A stretch of DNA of 64,000 nt, taken from the NCBI RefSeq assembly GCF_009914755.1, contig NC_060947.1; one strand, written 5' to 3'. Position numbers and translations under genes: made by a program. Source of the DNA: the human T2T-CHM13v2.0 reference genome, Homo sapiens. This document shows positions 42,875-56,959 of this stretch, one piece after another (position 1 is the stretch's first letter; each line of letters opens with the position of its first letter). Below the pieces are notes generated by a model. It was not told where the DNA came from. It did no database searches and saw only the letters and a program-made list of their open reading frames with translations.

Positions 42875-44769
42875 AACAGAACCAACATAGTTTCTCAGAA
42901 TGTTGGCCTTAATGACTCTACTGCTGTGTTAAGTGTAATGGATACTGGTTCTGGAGTTTCACATGAAATCACAATGAGGTATCAGATCTCCACAAGCTGC
43001 TGCAAGAAGGAGACTACTGCTGACATGGAAGTGGAGACAGATAGCAGTTTTGGCCAATAGGTAACACAGTGGGATATAAGAAATCTAGTGCTCCATCTCC
43101 AGGCTGGAGCATTTAAGCTGCATGAGGAAAATCACGTAAGCACTTCTATAAATCTACTTAGACTATACTACTTCACAACTGCTACACTTTCTTGGAATTG
43201 TCCTAAAGTCCTTTTGAGTATGTTTAGATGCAGAATGAGGCATACCAGGGCAGGGAGGGCCTCCTGGTTCTTAAGTTCCTGCCATAATCGCAGTGCTCTG
43301 AATTTATCAGTCACACACATTCTGGTTGTCTAGCTATGTGCAAGTACGATCTCAACACAGCTCATTATCATGGCCCAGGAATACTCAGATGCAAGGTTTG
43401 CTTTCTTTTATTTATTCCTCCTCCCTTCTTTCCTTCCTTCCTCCCAACCTCCTCCCTCCTTCCTTCCTTCTTTCATTTGTACTTTCTCTCTCTTTATCTC
43501 TTGTCAACACCTCTTTTAGGATCAGAAATTGTAGCCGGTTCCTGGAAGTCTGTGCTGCACTCAGCACGGCTGGGTGGAAATAAGTGTGCTAACTTGGCTG
43601 CAACAGCTCCTGCATGGCACAGAGCTGACTGGCCTTGAGGTCTGGTGAGACCTGACTTTGTGAGGTCAGGGAAGCCCTACCATTCTTGCACTCTGCCCTC
43701 CATTGCTCTGGCTCAGCTCAAAGCGGAGCGCAGTGGCTGACCCTGTGTACTTTGGCAAGGCAGCACTGTTGTAATAGGCCAGGATGAGGTTTTTCTCAAG
43801 CCACTGTACAGTCCTCTGGGAGACTGTGGATGGCCCAACCTAGCTGAAAATTCACTTCCTCTTAAGACTTCATAAAGAAATTGTAAAATGTTCAATGACT
43901 GCCTTAGAGATTGGAAAGAATACAGCTGCTGTCAGGCCTGGAATACTCACCAAGGGAGGCTTTCCAAAAAGGGAAGAGTTCCTAGGTTAATGACAGGCAG
44001 TTAGCTCAGTAGTCTAGGGAAGAAGCCAAGCTGGGTGGAGGCAGTTAGTCAGGATGGGTAATATGGATTCTCCGTTTCTACTGACAACAGTGCCAGAGAA
44101 AGCGCCCTTAAACTGCAGCATGCAGATTTAGAGAAACTTTAAGAAACAGTCTGAGCTGCTGGCATGCAATGGCCTAGGCTTAAAGGAAGACATGGACAGC
44201 AGCTCCAGAGTGGATCTTTGACAGCTTGAGGGCTAGATGTATATACCTGGTGTGGAATGCAAAGACCATTCTCCAATATAACATTTGGTACCTCCGATCA
44301 AGAAGGGGCCTTGGATGGGTCAGGCCATGGTGCCCAGTCAGAAAAGACTTCTTTTTATCAATCCTTGGGATAGAAAAAAGAAAAATCCCTTTCTGCTTGA
44401 GGAGACTAAAGGAATAATAAACTAAATGATCGGCAAAATTGCTTTCATCTCAAGGAGTTGCTGAATATCAGCACCTGCTCAAATAGGGTGCACTTAATAC
44501 ATGAACCTGACCTAAGAAACTGAAAATGCTCTCTCCCAGCATTGCTTTGTCCTTCTACATAGGGGAGCAGCTTCAGCAAGAGCTAAAGATGAGGTTTCTT
44601 CTTGGACACACAGAGTATCAGGCATCTTCAGGTTGTTCTGATCATTACTCCACAAAAATCTCTGTACTGGCTTCCCAGCCTATGTTCCCTCTATCCATTT
44701 TCTCATTCATTTATTCCCTCATCCCTGACCTTCCAAATCATTCTCTCTGCCATCTCTCTCTTTAGAGTG

Positions 44770-45501
44770 CAGTAGTTTCTGCTTATCCTCAGTTTCCCTG
44801 TCTATGGTTTCAGTTATGTGCAATCAACCTCAGTCTGAAAATATTAAATGGAAAATTCCAAAAAATATACAATTCATAAATTTTTAAATGCATGCCCTTC
44901 TGAGTAGAGTGATGAAATCTTGCATCATCTGAGATGTGCAAGATCTGTCCCACCTGAGATGTGAATTATCCCTTTGTCCAGCATATCCGTGCTGTAGATG
45001 TTACCTGCGCATTAGTCACTTAGTAGCCATCTCAATTATCACACCCAAGAAACAGAGTATACACAGGCATACCTTGTTTTATTGCCTTTCGCTTTATTGT
45101 GCTTTGCAAATAGTATGTTTTTCAAAAATTTAAGGTTTGCAGCAACCCTGTGTCGAACAAGTCTATCAGTGCCATTTTTCCAACAGCATGTGCTCACTTC
45201 GTGTCTCTGTGTCAGCCTTTTTTAGCAACAAAGTATTTTTTAATTAAGGTATCTACATTGTTGTTTTAGACACAATGCTATTGTACACTTAATAGACTAC
45301 AGTATAGTGTAAACATAACTTTTATATGCACTGGGAAACCAAAAAAATATGTGTGACTTGCTTTATTGCAGTATTCACTTTATTGAGATGGTCTGGAACC
45401 AAAGCTGCAATATCTTTGAGATATCCCTGTATAGGGCTTGGTACTGTCTGTGGTTTTAGGGATTCTTGGAACATATCCTCTGAGTATAAGGGGGACTACC
45501 A
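44770..45501 (+). mobile_element. MER44-like (Tigger-family) element interrupted by a Tigger1 derivative
   Basis: Decayed TIRs cagtagtttctgcttatc / tataagggggactac; body gaaaatattaaatggaaaattcc...cacttagtagcc. Confidence 0.8.
45064..45429 (+). mobile_element. Internally deleted Tigger1 (MER37-type)
   Basis: Ends caggcataccttg...gagatatccctg followed by TA; Tigger1 subterminal sequence. Confidence 0.85.
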
Positions 45502-45539
45502 TGGGTATATATTTCTAACTATATGTGACAGTTATGTGC

Positions 45540-45955
45540 ATTAATCAGAATAATGTTATGCTATGTTACAATAACAAACAGACTGTAATCTCAGTGACGA
45601 GGCACAACTAAAGTTTCTTTCATATACACATAAAATCTGATGAGTGTCATCAGGGGTCTCTCCTCCAATTTTGGCAATTCCAGGCTCCAGGCTCTTTCCA
45701 TTTTATGATGGCACCATTTCAACATGAGGCCCCAAGTTCTCTGTAGTAGGGGGAGAGAGGGCTAAAGACTCCTGTGAGATATTTTAAGGGCCAGGCTAGG
45801 AAGTAGCTTGTGTCATTTATTCCAAATCCCATTGGCAAGAATGTAGTCACATGGCACCCATATAATTGCAAGGAAGGGTGGGAAATGTAACTTTTCTATG
45901 CAAGCAGAAAGAGGAAGAAAACAAGACTTGATGAACACATAACATTGTCTCTTCC
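45540..45955 (-). mobile_element. Old MaLR LTR (MLT1J/K-like)
   Basis: cattggcaagaatgtagtcacatggcaccc...ttgcaaggaagggtgggaaatgta. Confidence 0.65.
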
Positions 45956-46509
45956 AGTGTGTGTCTGTGGTGCCGTGCCTCCTTTTCCATCTTGGTGTCA
46001 GTCCCTTGAGGAAGCTCGTTACCTCCCAACCCATACACAGCAAAGTATGGGTGTAACAAGGTGTTAGTGAACATGAACATGAACATTATCCCTGAGCTAA
46101 ACTAATTAATAGGTAGAGCATGGCACCACCAAGGCCACAGTAGCATGTGAAACTAATCTGTGCCTCACTCTTTAACAGTAAAATGAAGATGTAATGCTTA
46201 TCTTGCACTGTTGTCAGCATTAGAAATACCACATGCCAGACACAGATAGAAAAGGGACACCACAGTAAAAGGCTTCACTTTGCCCCATGAAGATTCATGG
46301 TTTACAGGGTGGTTCCAGAAGCATTCAGGCTGGCTTCCTCAAGATCTGAAGATGGCTGCCTGACTGTCACTATCAGTTTGGGTGTATATATTTCACTTTT
46401 CTGAAGAAACTGGCCTGTTTTTTCTTACATCTAGCTGGGGAGACTATCCAACTCTGCCCAGAAGGGCAGTAAGAGCTTCATTATATAGCTATAGAACTGT
46501 TTTAAAGAA

Positions 46510-46700
46510 CTGCAATAGCTACCAGTTATTGAATGTTTGCTATGTGCTAACTACATTATATTATTCTCTAATCTGCATCAAAACTCTCCAAACTTTACAA
46601 ATGGAAAAACTGAAGCTCAGAAAAGTCAAGAAAATTGCTCAAGATGGCACAGCTAATAAGCAACAGTGCAGGGCATGGATTCAGATCTGTATGGCCTCTA
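46510..46700 (-). mobile_element. MIR
   Basis: tttacaaatggaaaaactgaagctcagaaaagtcaagaaaattgctcaag core. Confidence 0.75.
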
Positions 46701-47309
46701 GTGCCCCTATGGGGGTATAGAGTGAGGGGAAAGGAGTGCTTGGAAGAGTGGCCACTTCTGTTTCAACTACATTTTTCCCTTCCTCTACTTCAGCTCCTTC
46801 CTCTGTTTGAACTTCCCTTCTGTCCACTCCTCCTTGTCTTAAGAGTGCAGCTCCAACAATATCTGACAAAGGACGGCAATTCAGTTTCGAAGCCACCTCC
46901 ACACCATAGAAACATCCACTCAAAGAGGGTTTCTGGGCCCAAAGCAATCTTGTCTGTCTTAAATGGACACATTGGTCTATTAGAAAAATAGAATATAGCT
47001 GGAGACCATGACAATTAGTGAAGTGCCCTTGAGTTCTCAGCCCACAACCCCCAGCATGAAGCACTCTTTCAGTGATATCATGCACAGCTGAAAGGGAAAC
47101 AGGCTTGAACTGACCTTGCTGAGCTTGTAATGTGGGATGAGAAGAGGAAGAACAAGGTAAGGAGGACTCTGCCACCAATCCAGCAGGGACCAGATAAGAA
47201 TCATGCTGGTAAACAAGGAATGGGTTGCCAATGAAGCCTCCGTCAGCCCCAAATGAACTAAAGAAATTAACTAAGACCAGCTTGCGACAGGGGTGGGGTG
47301 GAGTGGAGA

Positions 47310-47470
47310 GGATGTCAGAGCTACATGGGCCTTCAGATAAGCCTAGTCCAATTCTGTCATTACACAAGTGTGGAAACCAAGGTTCAGGGAAAGGAGAAAA
47401 CTTGCCAGAAATCACGCTAGTGTCAGAACCAGGACTGGAACTTGGGTATTTGGACTCTAAGTGGAAGGCT
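47310..47470 (-). mobile_element. MIR
   Basis: cattacacaagtgtggaaaccaaggttcagggaaagg...cttgccagaaatcacgctag. Confidence 0.65.
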
Positions 47471-47533
47471 CTTTTAATCTTGTCAATACATATTGCAGGC
47501 AACTAGTATTAGAAAAAGAAAGGGTGTCCTAAG

Positions 47534-47556
47534 TGTGTGTGTGTGTGTGTGTGTGT
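47534..47556. repeat. (TG)n microsatellite
   Basis: Direct reading. Confidence 0.9.
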
Positions 47557-48539
47557 CTTTGGAGAGGTGGGGAAGGGACCACACTGTGGAAAGTCTTCTG
47601 GTGCTACCTTGCTCTATCCAGGAGCTATACCAGATTATTGCTGGGGAACCATCAATTTGTCTGCCCACAAGATATTTGTGCTTTTAGCATATCCCCCTGT
47701 CTCAGAATGACAGTGGAAAGAATGATCCTTCCATCTTCTTGCCTTCTTGTTCCAGAAGCTTCCTACCTTACACCTTTACATCTGATTATTCTTCTGGGAA
47801 ACTAACCAATGTCACCCCAGACCAGCCAGTAGGTGCCTCCATAAAATTGAGATTGTTAGCTCTCATGTAGACCAGAACTTCCCAAAAGCCAATGTGTGTA
47901 CCAGTTCCAGTTTGTGACGGTGTTTCCACAGGAATTAGGACAATGCAGTGAGTTTTTTATGAATTAAATTTACTCTAAATCTATTTTGTCCTTTCTACAT
48001 CTTTGGAGTTCAAATGTCATTTTTAATTGAAATGATAGAGATTTTCACTTGTACAGGTTTTTTTGTCTGTTTTTTTTTTTCACAAAATAAATGCCAGTCA
48101 CCCTATATGACTCCCAAATTACATGATTTTTACTCTTCTACAAAACTCTAAACTCTGAGGACAATATATCTGCCCCCTCTCTGGGCCTTATTATCTCTAC
48201 TTGCTGCTTATTTTCTCAACTTTGCTTCCTGTCCTGAAAGGTAAATGCAAAGCACACAGCCAGTGAGGTGTTAGTGATGATAATGCTAATCACTGCTCTA
48301 TCAAATGCTTAATGAAGTGCCTAGGGGAAGGCACACACGTCATGCATGTTTGTTAACGGAATTAGGGGCAGCCACAGTATTATTAATAAACTAATTGCCT
48401 CGTTATGTGACATGCACACACCCCTCAGGCTCATCCACCTAGTCATTGGCACTATTAAAAGAAATAATGTGTTCCACTGGGGACACCCCAAGGGAATTTC
48501 AATGGTAAGCCTGGGGGTGGGGGAGGTTAGAAAGGTGCT

Positions 48540-48605
48540 CAAGTATATCAAAACATCATGCTATATACCTTAAATATATACAATTTCAATAAATTTTTTA
48601 AAAGA
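48540..48605 (+). mobile_element. L1M 3' tip
   Basis: tatatcaaaacatcatgctatataccttaaatatatacaatt resembles the L1MA/MB 3' terminus. Confidence 0.55.
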
Positions 48606-49668
48606 AAGTTGATTAGGGTTTTTATGACCATTGTCATGCTCCCACCTTAACATTCTAGTTTGTATAAAAAATCATCTCTTTTCATGTTAGAGCTGGAAAG
48701 CAAGACAAATGCAAAACCCTTAGAACTGGAACATGAAAGCTGCAAGGCAAAAAGACCATTCCCATGACCCAAAGCCACTTGATCTCTGAAAAGCCAGTGG
48801 CAGCCACAGAAAAGAATGAATAATATGCCCTTGGTCTGATGAGATACTGGTATGTGTTTGACTATATGATTTTTGGTCCCTTCCAGCTCTGCCATTCTGT
48901 GGGTTTATGCATTATAGGCTGCCTATTACAGTGATCTTTGATCTTTAAACCTTCTGATTAGACTAAGTCCTCCCTGAGCAAAGCAGCATGTTTCTTAAAC
49001 CAGTGAGTTTTACAGCTTCCTGAGTTCTAAAAACCCTAAATATAACACTACTGGGTTGGTTGGTGATTATCCAGTTTGGAAAAAGAGTGTGGCATTCCAG
49101 CAAGAAACATATCCCACTGTGTATCAATTTTAAAGTAGAATGGAAAAGCTAAGATTCTTAACTTCCTTGGGTCCTTGGTAAAATAAAATGAGGAGTGAAT
49201 GAGTAAAGGCATGCAAGCATGCTAAAAATCTGACTCTATTGACCCTGGTTCTAAGAAGCAGAAAACAGGGAGTGAAACTCCTGGCTTCCACTAGCCTTTC
49301 AGTTCTTTTTCTTATTGCTGGGGTTTCCATTGTCTTTATCACAAGCCAAATATCTAACCTCCACTCTTGCGGTACTTCTTCATTGGCAACCCAAGGAGGA
49401 CAACGTATGTCATAGCTTATGACACTTGTGAGGAGATGACTCACAGGTCTTAGGGAACAGAGGACTCTTTAAGTGTGCCTTTTTCTCTCTTCTTTATTCA
49501 CAAAGCAGCCTCAGCCTCTACCCACCACTACCCCACCACCTTTAACGCTCAAGATCCTTCTTGCAGCATGGAGTACTCAGTCTCACTGGGGGCATTAGCC
49601 AATGGCTGTGAAGTCAATTCATTTGAAACTTTGGGGAAAAGCAGATTTGTTTTCATATTTCATCAAAG

Positions 49669-50416
49669 TGATAGGGACAGGAGGTAGAGAAATTCTAGAC
49701 AGAAAAGGGAGGGGTCCCTGGTGAAGCCCCACCATCAAGCCTGGAACCACGGCCCAAAGTGAGAACATCCCCATTTTCCTGATCTAATGTTGCTTTTTCC
49801 AAAACCATCCATAGCCCACCCTGCCCCACATCCCATACCCATAAAAACCCCTGACCCAACTGGCAGAGGGCAGAGAAGGAGAGAAGAGAAACAACAGCCA
49901 TGTCAGAGAGAAGCAGCTTGACTTCAGAGGGATGGAATGACAACAGGACTTCCAGGGGAAGATCACCTTCCCACTCCATCCCTCTTCCAGCTCCCCTTCC
50001 CACTGAGAGCCACTTTCTTTGGCAATAAAGTCCTCCACACCACCCTTCAATTTGTTCATGCAACCTCATTTCTCCTGGACACTGGACAAGGACTCGGGTG
50101 CGGGTGCAAAAGGCTGTCACACTGACCATTCGCTGAGCTGTTAGCACTTCAGCCATCCACAGATGGCAAAGCTAAAAAAGCACACTGTAACACATGCCCT
50201 CTGGGTCTTCAGGGATCACGGGTACCACCCCAGATGCTGCCACAGGACCACACAGAGTTTTGCTCCTGCCAGTGCCCAAAAGCATTCACTCCAGTTCCTG
50301 CACCCACTCACCTGTGTGCTCCCATCCCATGAGGGGTCGAGAGCTGCTGCAGACAAATAAGTGAGGCACCCCTAACATGAGGCCCACAAAGGAGTCAAGG
50401 AAAATTTCCTGTTTCA
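49669..50416 (+). mobile_element. Solo ERV1 LTR (LTR27/LTR1-like group)
   Basis: TG...CA ends (TGATAGGGACAGGAGG...CCTGTTTCA), internal cataaaaa and aataaa, flanks aaag/aaac, no PBS after it. Confidence 0.85.
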
Positions 50417-50999
50417 AAACTAACTATTCCAGCCTGTGATCCCTAAAGGCATGCACAGGTGATGGATGTTGTTTAGCTGTATTGGATTTGGGCTCGAGGC
50501 AGGTAGATACCCACAAGGACACCGAGATATCTGATGACTTCTGATTACTTGTTCAGTGTATATCCATGGCAAGCCAGAGGAGGGTAGAACAGGATTCTAG
50601 GAAAGAGGCCAACTACTTCCATGAGCCTCGTGGTCCCCGGCCATTTGAGAGACTGATGATCGACCAAATTTTGAAGGACTAAGGGGCCTCTAGCTTGGTT
50701 CATGAGGTAGCTGAACTCAATGGATCATTAGCCTGAGTCCCTGCCTCAAATATGTAGCTCATTTCCAGGACCAGCACAAGTTTTGGCAAACAGAATCAGT
50801 TAAGATTCTGGCTTCATTTAGACTGGCTTTTTGACCTTTAGGCACACTCTGCCAGGGAGTGAGATTGGCTAGGTCCATTGTCAGGTAATTTATTTGCTTT
50901 TTGTCCCCAGGGGTTCATCTTAGTTTGAGAATATGAAAAGATAACATGATGTTACATGGGGTTAAACCAGTGAAAATGGTTACTGTTTTAATAAGGTTA

Positions 51000-51165
51000 T
51001 CACAGAAATCATTCTCTATTAAGGTGATATTTGAGCAGAGGCCTTAAAGAAGGGGTGAGTAAATTAAGTGAAGGCAAAGGATTTCAGACAGAAGGAATGG
51101 CATATGCAAAGACTGAGGCAGGAGTATGTGTGGTATCTTTGAGGAATAGCAAAGGAAGCCAGTGA
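51000..51165 (-). mobile_element. L2 fragment
   Basis: ggtgatatttgagcagag...cagacagaaggaatggcatatgcaaagactgaggcagg. Confidence 0.65.
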
Positions 51166-52154
51166 GCATTTTTCAGTGTCATCCATGTGCATCCTATTGT
51201 ATTTGGAAGCAGACAACTCTCTTCCACCTTAGTTTGCTGCTCATGCTCTCTCACAACATGGGTGGGTTTATGGGTAATGTGACCCATGGTCTTCAAGACA
51301 GTGTGGCTGAGTTGTTCAGTCAAGGCAGAGCTGGGCTTTCCAAACACAGAGCAGATCTTTAACCCTGGAGTCTCAGCGGCATCATTAATCAAGGACTGAA
51401 ATTTACTGGACTGTGTATCAATTCCATTCACATTTAATATTAAGATTATTTTGAAGATTTTGTTAGTTTGGGTTCAATCACTTTAGAAAATACACAACAT
51501 TTGTTCCTGTTTGAATCAATTCACTGTATGTTAAGAAAAAAAAACCAACAATAGCAAACACTGGTTCAGGTCACAGTTCAGTAAGAATATTCAGCTTCAG
51601 TTGATCTGGGGTTTAGCGATAGAATGTGGCTACTTCCCATAGTTTGGTACCTGGTTGGGTTCCATTCAAATTCGAGTCAATATTCAATATCCACCAGAGA
51701 CCCCTCTGTAGTAGACAAAGGTAGACATTCTTGAAGCACTGATGGTATCAGTGATGTGAAACTTTTATTAAAAAATGATTCAATAGATAGTTTTCCTTCT
51801 GTCAAATGTTTTGAAACAAAACTTCTTTAAAAGGCTGAAACTCTAGTTAACAAAAATGTTTGGTTTTGTTTATTTCATTTTAAAATTTGAGAGAACTTAT
51901 TTCCACCTACCAGGTCAGACAAAACCAAGAGAGTAGACGCTCTGACTCTGTTTGATGAACATGCTTGCCACGCCCCCACCCTTTGACGTTCTCCAGCAGC
52001 TGCCTCATCCATCAAGTATTTGTTGAGCCAGGCCTCAAAGCTAGGAAACTGTTCCCTCAAGTGCAAAATAAATTCAGCATTCTAAATAGTCCAATGCCTT
52101 GCAAAGTCTGCAGTGAAAAATGTTATTTTGGTCTCCTTGGATAATTTCACATCA

Positions 52155-52400
52155 TTTGAGTATAGTAGAATGAGAATGGGCCTTGGAATAAAGATGGGTC
52201 TGGGTTTGATTTTGCTGGTCACTTATCACCTCTGTGGCCTTGAGCAATTTGCTTAACTCCTCTGAGCCTTAGTTTTTTCCTTTGTAGATTGGTGTTGATA
52301 ATAATACGTGACTCCCTGGGTTGTTGTGAAGATTAGAAATCACACATGTAGTTTTTGCCACATAGTAGGAATCTAGTGACAGCTGTAATCATGATGATGA
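52155..52400 (+). mobile_element. MIR
   Basis: tgtggccttgagcaatttgcttaactcctctgagccttagttt...gggttgttgtgaagattag. Confidence 0.75.
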
Positions 52401-53924
52401 TATTTTCTGCTAAAGGGAATAGATTAGCAATTTCCTGATTTGAAACTGACATGTTAACTGGCTCTTAAATTAATGGTGCCTGGAGTTAATAGCTATACAA
52501 CAAGGATGATGAGCTTAAAAGGAAGTAAAGATTTGGAAATTCCACAGTTATTTGATTTCTCATAGATAATCCAGATAATTTCAGCACCCAAACTGCAAAT
52601 AAAAACCCACTTTGGAGACAATTTATCTGGTTTGGCTGTTTCTCTGGATCTGATTAAGAAGGTATTCGTCAGATCTCCTTGCCATATGTGTCAACCTTGC
52701 CTTGATTCCTTGGCTCTGACATGGGATTGGAAGAGAAGCAGAAAAGAAACTCCAAGTCTTGCCCATCTGGCACTACCTCTTTGACACTGTGATTTAAAAT
52801 AAGACTGGAGAAACTTCCAAGCACATGCCAAGGACTGCCAGGCTATATGAATACCCAGCTGGTCTTCATATAGCATGGAAGGATGCAGATTAGCCAATGA
52901 GTTACTCCAGTGAATAACACCTTGGACAGAATCTAGAAGATAGCCTATTCCAAATTATCTCATTGCAGTCAGTTAGGTGGATGGTCTATTAGGCCTCTGG
53001 TTAGTAGTCTGTCTCGCTGGTTAGCATTCCATGTATTAAATTATCCTTCTGAAACCTAAGCTTATCTCTATGTAACTGACCAGAGAGAGAAACAGGTAGA
53101 ACAGGTCAGAACTAAAGTTCTACTGAAGTTAATGTTTTCATTGCCTACAGCTGACTTTGAATACATTCAGTTTTCTCTTTCCCAAGATAGATGACACCAC
53201 TCTGGTGAATGTCACAATTAAGTGAATTAGCACTCATTGATATAAATACAACATGGAATTTTAAAATCAGTTAACCTAATACAATGAAAGCATTATTTAA
53301 AAAAGTTAATCTGAAAAGCTGTTATCGAGTAGATCTGGCAGTTCTTAGTAGACACTTGTACTAATTGTGACTTTTCACAGTCAAAAGATTTGGGTCAGAG
53401 GAAAAGGAAACTAGTTGGTCGATATGTGATCCTAAAGCTGATCCATAGATTGGCAATTTCACACCTTTCTCCCATGGGGGAGGAGAAAGCTGAATAAATA
53501 TATTATTCACATAAATAAGTGAATAATATGCTTACTTCCTTGTAAAGTCTAAAGACTAAGTCCATTTAGAAAATATACGTCAGGACATTCTTAAGAGCGT
53601 AGACCAAATAATGAAAAGTTGAGGTCTTTCCTTTCTACTGATGTGATATAACTAACCAACTAAGCTCGTCCAAAAAATAGTCTGTGTGGATTTTTCAATC
53701 GAAGCCAAAGAGGAAGAGATAAAATGCAAGATCAAGGAGCAGACTACAAATGATACTGTCACATGAAGACCTAATTAGTCACTAATGATTCATCAGTTTC
53801 ATAATGGAAACGGTTTGGAATATATGGAACTGAAATACAGAAGTTATTAAGGACACTTGGTGCATTTTCAATAGTGGACACTCTGCTGACAGCCAGAGTT
53901 GGAATTTAACTATGCACCTGAAAC

Positions 53925-54085
53925 AGGGAGAAAGGAAGTTCTAGTCCCAGCTCTGCCACTAGCAAGCTGTGCAAACTTTGAAAGGGTACTTTCTTTTCTG
54001 GGATTAGTTTCCCAGTCTGTGAAATAAGAAGGTTGAAACAAATGATCTTTGAAATCCCTTCCAGCTTTGAAATTCTATGACTCTA
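53925..54085 (+). mobile_element. MIR/MIR3
   Basis: ttctagtcccagctctgccactagcaagctgtg...atcccttccagctttgaaattctatga. Confidence 0.7.
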
Positions 54086-54340
54086 TTTATTGGGACCATA
54101 AAAAGGAATGACAAGGTACAAAAACTGAATATTTGAAGGCCTATCAGCAGGACATTTTGGTAAATGACATTTTGTCATCAACCACCAAGAATTTCTGTCT
54201 GTTAGCCAGAATTCTTGTCAATTGAGAAGAATGGTGTGATTAGTTATTGAAATGTTTACATTTGGCCTTATAATTTGGGGTTGCATTTTTATTTGAAAAG
54301 GTGCTCCTAATGCTTCAGGACTTCACACCATAAACCAGAG

Positions 54341-55233
54341 ATAGCCATGTATCACTTAACAATGGAAATACATTATAAGAAAAGCATCGTTAGACAATTT
54401 CATCATGTAAACATCATGGGGTGTACTTCCACAACTTTTGATGGTATAGCCTACTACACACCTAGGCTATAATGTATAGCCTATTGCACCTAGGCTACAA
54501 AACTGTACAGCATGTTACTGTACTGAATACTGTAGTCAAATGTAACAATGGTAAATGCAGTTGACTCTTGAACAATGTGGGGGTTAGAGGCACTGACCTC
54601 CAATGCAGTCGAAAATCCACAAATAATTTTGACTTGCCAGAAAATTAACTACTAATAATCTACTGTTGACCAGAAGCCTTACTGAAACATAAATGGTCAT
54701 ATATACACCGATTATGTATCCACAAACATTTAAAAAAGATTAAAACAGCCAATTAACACTTATTTTGTATGTTATATGTATTATATACTTTACTATTACT
54801 ATAAAGTAAGCTAGAGAAAAGAAAATGTTATTAATAAAATCATAAGAAAGAGAAAATATATTTACTATTTATTAAGTGCCCTTGGATTATCATAGAGGTC
54901 TTCATCCTCCTTGTCTTCACATTGAACAGGCTCAGGAGGAGGAGGAAGAGGAAAGGGTTGGTCTTGCTGTCTCAGAGGTGGCAGAGGCAGAAGAGGTGGA
55001 GGAGGTGGAAGGGGAGGCAGGAGAGGCAGGAACACTCAGTGTAACTTTTATTGAAAAAATCCACATATAAATAGACCCATGCAGTTCAAACCCATGTTGT
55101 TCCAGGTTCCAATGCATTTGTGTATCCAAACATAGAAAAGGTACAGTAAAAATGTGGTACTATAATCTTACGGGACCACAATCGTATATGTGGACAGTCT
55201 TTAACCAAGTCATTCTTCTGCGGCACATGACTG
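54341..55233 (+). mobile_element. Tigger3 (Golem/MER7-type) interrupted by a Tigger2 derivative
   Basis: atagcctactacacacctaggct...ctgaatactgtag; the right part ends gcggcacatgactg followed by TA. Confidence 0.85.
54558..55114 (+). mobile_element. Tigger2a-like non-autonomous element
   Basis: TIR cagttgactcttgaacaa / ttgttccaggttccaatg; internal (GAG)-rich tract typical of Tigger2. Confidence 0.85.
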
Positions 55234-56959
55234 TATTGAAGCTGCACTGTAGAGGGCAGATTTAGGAAGCATTGGGAAGTCCAGCCAGCCCCTCCTTGTT
55301 CCCTCTCTGCATGCCGAAGATGGCACTCTTAGAATGATTTATACCAACAGTCTAAAAGAAGTCCCAATCTTCCCACCAGGCTTGCTATCTTTTCTAACCA
55401 CATTTAACATAAGGTTTTGCCATAATTAACTATTTGTTTCCAAATATATTTATATTTCTAATTCTTGTGGGAAAGCCTAGTTTATAAATTGGAGTTAAAA
55501 AAGAATTTGTGTTAATAACAAAACAGGCTTGAAATTGAGTGATTCTGATAATTCATCTGTCCAAAGAATAGACTAAACTTCTATGACAGTGTGATGGGGA
55601 GAAAGTTACAAATGTATTTATGTTCACAGCCTTTTCCCTGCCCGAGTGCATCAAGGAGAGTTTGGTTTTTGTTTTTTCAGATTCTCACAATTCCAACCAC
55701 TCTCTCCTATTATTGGCAAATTTGATTCTTTACCTCTTGGGTGCAGAATCAAGAAGAGAAAAAAAGAACACATGAGAGGTAGGGGGAAAAGATTTAAGCT
55801 ACAATCTAAGTCAATATGCATAATAAAGTGCTCAGAGAGGGGAGTATTGAGAAAAGTAATTGTTCAATCTGAAAGTACAGGAAAAGTTGGAGGGTGGCAA
55901 TGAATTGAAGAGAGAGGCACTAGAAACCCCTGGAATATGATGCAAAAAAAAAAAAGAGAGAGAGAGAGGAAAGGAGATTTTAATGAGTTCTCCAAGATTT
56001 TTGCTTAATGCGAGAATTTAAATTGTTTTAAAATTACTTTTGGTTGCTAGACTATGTCTTTGATCAAGGCACTACTCTGATACTCATTGAGAAGGGTCCT
56101 TACTCCATAAAAGTTTTATTAATTTCATAAATTCATCTCTCTGTGAAGTTGAGTGCCTTGCCCCTGTAGACATGCAATGACACTTCATAGCAGATCTGGC
56201 AAATTGGCTTTTCCCAATAGCTAATCACCAAAGCCAGCATGTAATTGGCAGAGACCACACATTCTCCTTGAGGCAACCTTCAGGGAATTTGACAATAAAT
56301 TTTCTGTGACCCAAGAGGATAACTTGATACAGAAGACACTTGAGAGCTGATAAGGGTCATGTTAACTGTCTATTCTTGTAGGTTCTCTGTGCCAGGTCCC
56401 TATAGTAAGACAGATCAACAGAAAACAACTTACTGGAGCCATAATACCTTAGCTTTCTGGGTGGGGGAGACCCTTAATGGCTTAAGATTTGACATTTTAC
56501 AGCCTTTTATTCCTTTTTGAAGAGGAAGAAAAGATATTTCCATTTGAAGATTGTGTCTATATCTTTTATAAAACCAAGTTGTCCATTATAATAAACAATA
56601 TCTATTATACAGGATTCACATGATAAATTCCTCCTGGAATTCAGTGGCAGGAAAAAGAAATCTCTCTAGGCAGATGATCGCACAGGCATGTTGCTGTTGT
56701 TGTTGTTGTTTTGGTTTTTTTTTTTACTTGACAGAGAACCATGCAACTCAATTTTGTTGTTTTCTTCCCTTTTTGCTTTAACTACCAAGAAACTCAGAGT
56801 GAGATTTAGTGGGCAAATACGGTGATTTATAATGGGACTGTCTTAAGCTTCTAGTTATGTTTCTTATAACTTTTTCTGGTTTGGGGTTTGAACTGACCTG
56901 TTTTCACGTGTTCTTAACACTTGAAAACCACTTAGGTCTGTTTTAAGAAGGTGTGTCAA

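Noticed and set aside
46681-47502. 273-aa minus-strand ORF
   Set aside because: Non-ATG start, overlaps MIR fragments, no recognisable domain.
54876-55129. Acidic and Ser-rich small ORFs
   Set aside because: They come from the GAG-rich tract of the Tigger2 element.
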